This document shows, piece after piece, positions 61,580-64,000 of a stretch of DNA of 64,000 nucleotides. The DNA comes from Lama guanicoe (taxonomy: Eukaryota): contig MU054323.1 of NCBI GenBank assembly GCA_013239625.1, positions 2,232,001-2,296,000 on the forward strand. The letters run 5' to 3'. The translations under genes were made by a program, and so were the position numbers. The notes under the pieces are model-generated. The model saw nothing but the letters and a program-made list of their open reading frames with translations. It ran no database searches and had not been told where the DNA came from. Numbering within the stretch: the first letter of the stretch is position 1; every line of letters begins with the position of its first letter.

Positions 61580-64000
61580 TAAAGTGGAAGGCATTATTAC
61601 TGGATCCATAGTAAGAGTAATTGGTCACCAACCTATATATCATTAGCAGCTTAGAAGATGCATGTGTTCCCTTGTTTTAGCCTCACGAGGCTAATGTAAT
61701 GACTAGTATTGCCATTTTAATGATAAACAGAGGGTAAGCAGAGTAAAGAGTACCTCTCTATATGTACTACTAAGGAAATCTCTATATGCCAGCAAATTTT
61801 CCTTCTGATTATCTGAATTGATAAAAGTGAGGAAATGGCTAATTAAATCCAGTTTGTTTTAAAATTATTATGGCAACATATATCCTTTTAGCATGTGATA
61901 CTGTCCATATGAAAAGTACCTACCATACTGTTGAGCACCAGTGACAGGTACTCAAAACATGAAAGCTATTATTATTAGCTGTATGCTTGGAAATGATTTT
62001 TTTTCTTACAAGCACAAACACTCTACAGAATATTTTTCTATTATTTGATGTCAAGGACTACTTTAGTGCCTCACTTCCCTATGGAAGTTGATGATGACAG
62101 AGATCTTTATTAACATCAGAAGACTGACACTTCCTTAAGAGGTCTTTGTGGTTTCACGTCTGTGTACACATGATGGAAAATGAATACTGTGTTTACAGAA
62201 ACGATGCTTGAGGAAATTATCTTAGTTTGTCTAACTATATCCATAGTGAGAAGGTTAGAAAAAAAAGATGAAAGTCCTTTCCAGTCCTGAGTTTAAGAAT
62301 TTTCCTTTCCCCGTTTAATCTTCATCAAATACAAGGATTAAGAGCATAATCTCCTTTATGCTATTTATCATTCTTCAATTTTAACACCTACACAGAAGCA
62401 TATAAATTTTCTTTAAATAGAAAATGTTGAGTCCAAAGCCACATTTCAAACTAAGATATTTATTGCTAATTTCACCTGTAAGTATTAATTTAGAAAATGT
62501 GTCTGTGTTTGACAAAGAACAGTCAATAGATATCATAGTTCAAAGTATACTGTGACAAAAAGAAAAGAAACCTTTGGATTAAAAAACATACTCAAGGAAA
62601 ATACATCTTATAAAAATCTGAACCCACCCCAAATTATTGTCATTATTCACAACAGTTGGTTATTCTCCACTATACAAGATAATTTAGCATTTTGAGAGTG
62701 TTAAATTAGACAATATTGGTAATTTGATAAATATTTTCAGAGAGTTTCTCAGAAACCACATTTTAGGAGTATACCTCTATATACACTACCCTATGTCAAA
62801 ACTCTAAAATTCTGAGTGAATGGCAAGCGGAAAAACCTCCTCTGGTCCAATGGTATAAGGTGTTGCAAATATGATTTGGCCTATCATTTTTTTCAGTATA
62901 TGTGCAAACATTTAATTTTCAGTGAGCTAATAATATTATCACTTTCATTATTTCTAAGTCCATTTTTTATCATATGGTGTGATTGAAGTGTACAGTTTGT
63001 CATATTTATTCTGTATTTTAAATTCCTGACAGTCATTAAAAATCCTCCTAGCAGCGTCCACTAGAAGACTGTGGAGAATCAAACCTGCTTGCAAGTGACT
63101 TTCTAGAGTACCCCCTTCCTTCCTTCTTTCCTTTCTTACTATTTTTAGACAAGTCACTTGACCACATGCCTTCTGTTAATCCCTAGTTTATTCTGTTTTC
63201 TCTAACATATTTTAGCTTTGTCCCCTAAAGTGTGGCACATGTTTCTTTTTCTGTGTCAGGACCCAGCAAGCCCAAAGAAACTTTCTGAAATTCTAGCCCC
63301 TTGTGCGGCGCTCCGTTGGGCAGTAATTAGATCATTATGTTGTACACTAACAGATTTAGTGTTTTCATTCCCACAGCAGCCTGCAGGCCCCACCTGTCAG
63401 CTGGGGAGAGACAATCTCATAAACCTGCCAATACTATGATTTAGCTGAATACATGTTTGTTAATAAATCTTTCATCATATTATAATCAAAGAGCTCTTTC
63501 ACTTTATGACCCACCTAATGAAGGATTTGGGGTGTCTGCTCATCAATTTGATGTTTGTAAAGACAAAGCTAACGGGTGTCATTAACTGTGTATTTACCCC
63601 CTTGGCTCAGGTGAAAAGTGGAGGGGGAGATGTGGTAAAGGAAATGAGAGAAAATGTTAATTAAAAATAAACATATAGTGTGAGCCACCTACCCGTTACC
63701 TTGGAAAGTTATGGCTTGTGAGAAAAATCAAATGTTTTGACATCTTCTAAAGTCTACTAAGCCACTCGGATCTACAGAAGTTCTTTATCAAACGCTTTCT
63801 TTCAAAAATTTAGCTGCCACTGTTATCATCCAAAGAATTTGATGTGGTTCTCTCCACGTGGAAGTGCAATTATTAATATGGTGTGAATAAAGTTTAGGAC
63901 TTGCTAGGGCTTGGAATCCATGTCAGGGTACAATAATAAAAACTCATACTACCTTTTTAGACATCAATGCTATATGTTTAGATTTCTATTTTATGGTTTA

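Noticed and set aside
629..63439. ORF-track entries as host genes
   Set aside because: All are short (the longest gap-free one is 162 aa) and many start at non-ATG codons. Those I recognise are L1 ORF1/ORF2 remnants or readings of L1, L2, MIR or SINE DNA.
1..64000. A novel multi-gene system (CRISPR array, defence island, operon, intact retroelement or endogenous viral gene)
   Set aside because: This is eukaryotic non-coding DNA. I saw no long ORFs, no regularly spaced repeat-spacer array and no gag/pol/env or transposase coding sequence, and every L1 is truncated and disrupted.

Overview
AT-rich, non-coding mammalian genomic DNA (intronic or intergenic). It is most likely from a camelid (alpaca, llama or camel): it carries two tRNA-Ala(AGC)-derived SINEs of the camelid Vic-1 type and cetartiodactyl-type L1 3' ends, and I saw no Alu, B1/B2, Bov-tA/BovB, PRE-1 or Can-SINE. 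By eye roughly half of the window is transposon debris: L1 of several ages, two long HAL1 copies, L2, MIR, MLT1 (ERVL-MaLR) LTRs and hAT-Charlie MITEs. The only ORF-track entries I recognise are decayed L1 ORF1/ORF2 pieces. I could not recognise any host coding exon, RNA gene or the identity of the locus. The non-repeat islands include promoter/enhancer-like segments (about 7.8-8.1 kb, 18.8-19.2 kb, 27.4-28.7 kb and 36.5-37.1 kb) and several + strand splice-site pairs, consistent with but not proving the 5' region of a + strand gene with alternative first exons. There is one 163-N assembly gap whose flanks overlap. The sequence does not support a new biological system. The best observations are small-scale: a 49-bp L1 insertion with a perfect 20-bp TSD, an ancient LTR that is CpG-rich, repair-scar-like junctions and candidate 5' exons. 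Repeat subfamily names and most boundaries come from recalled consensus sequences and are approximate.
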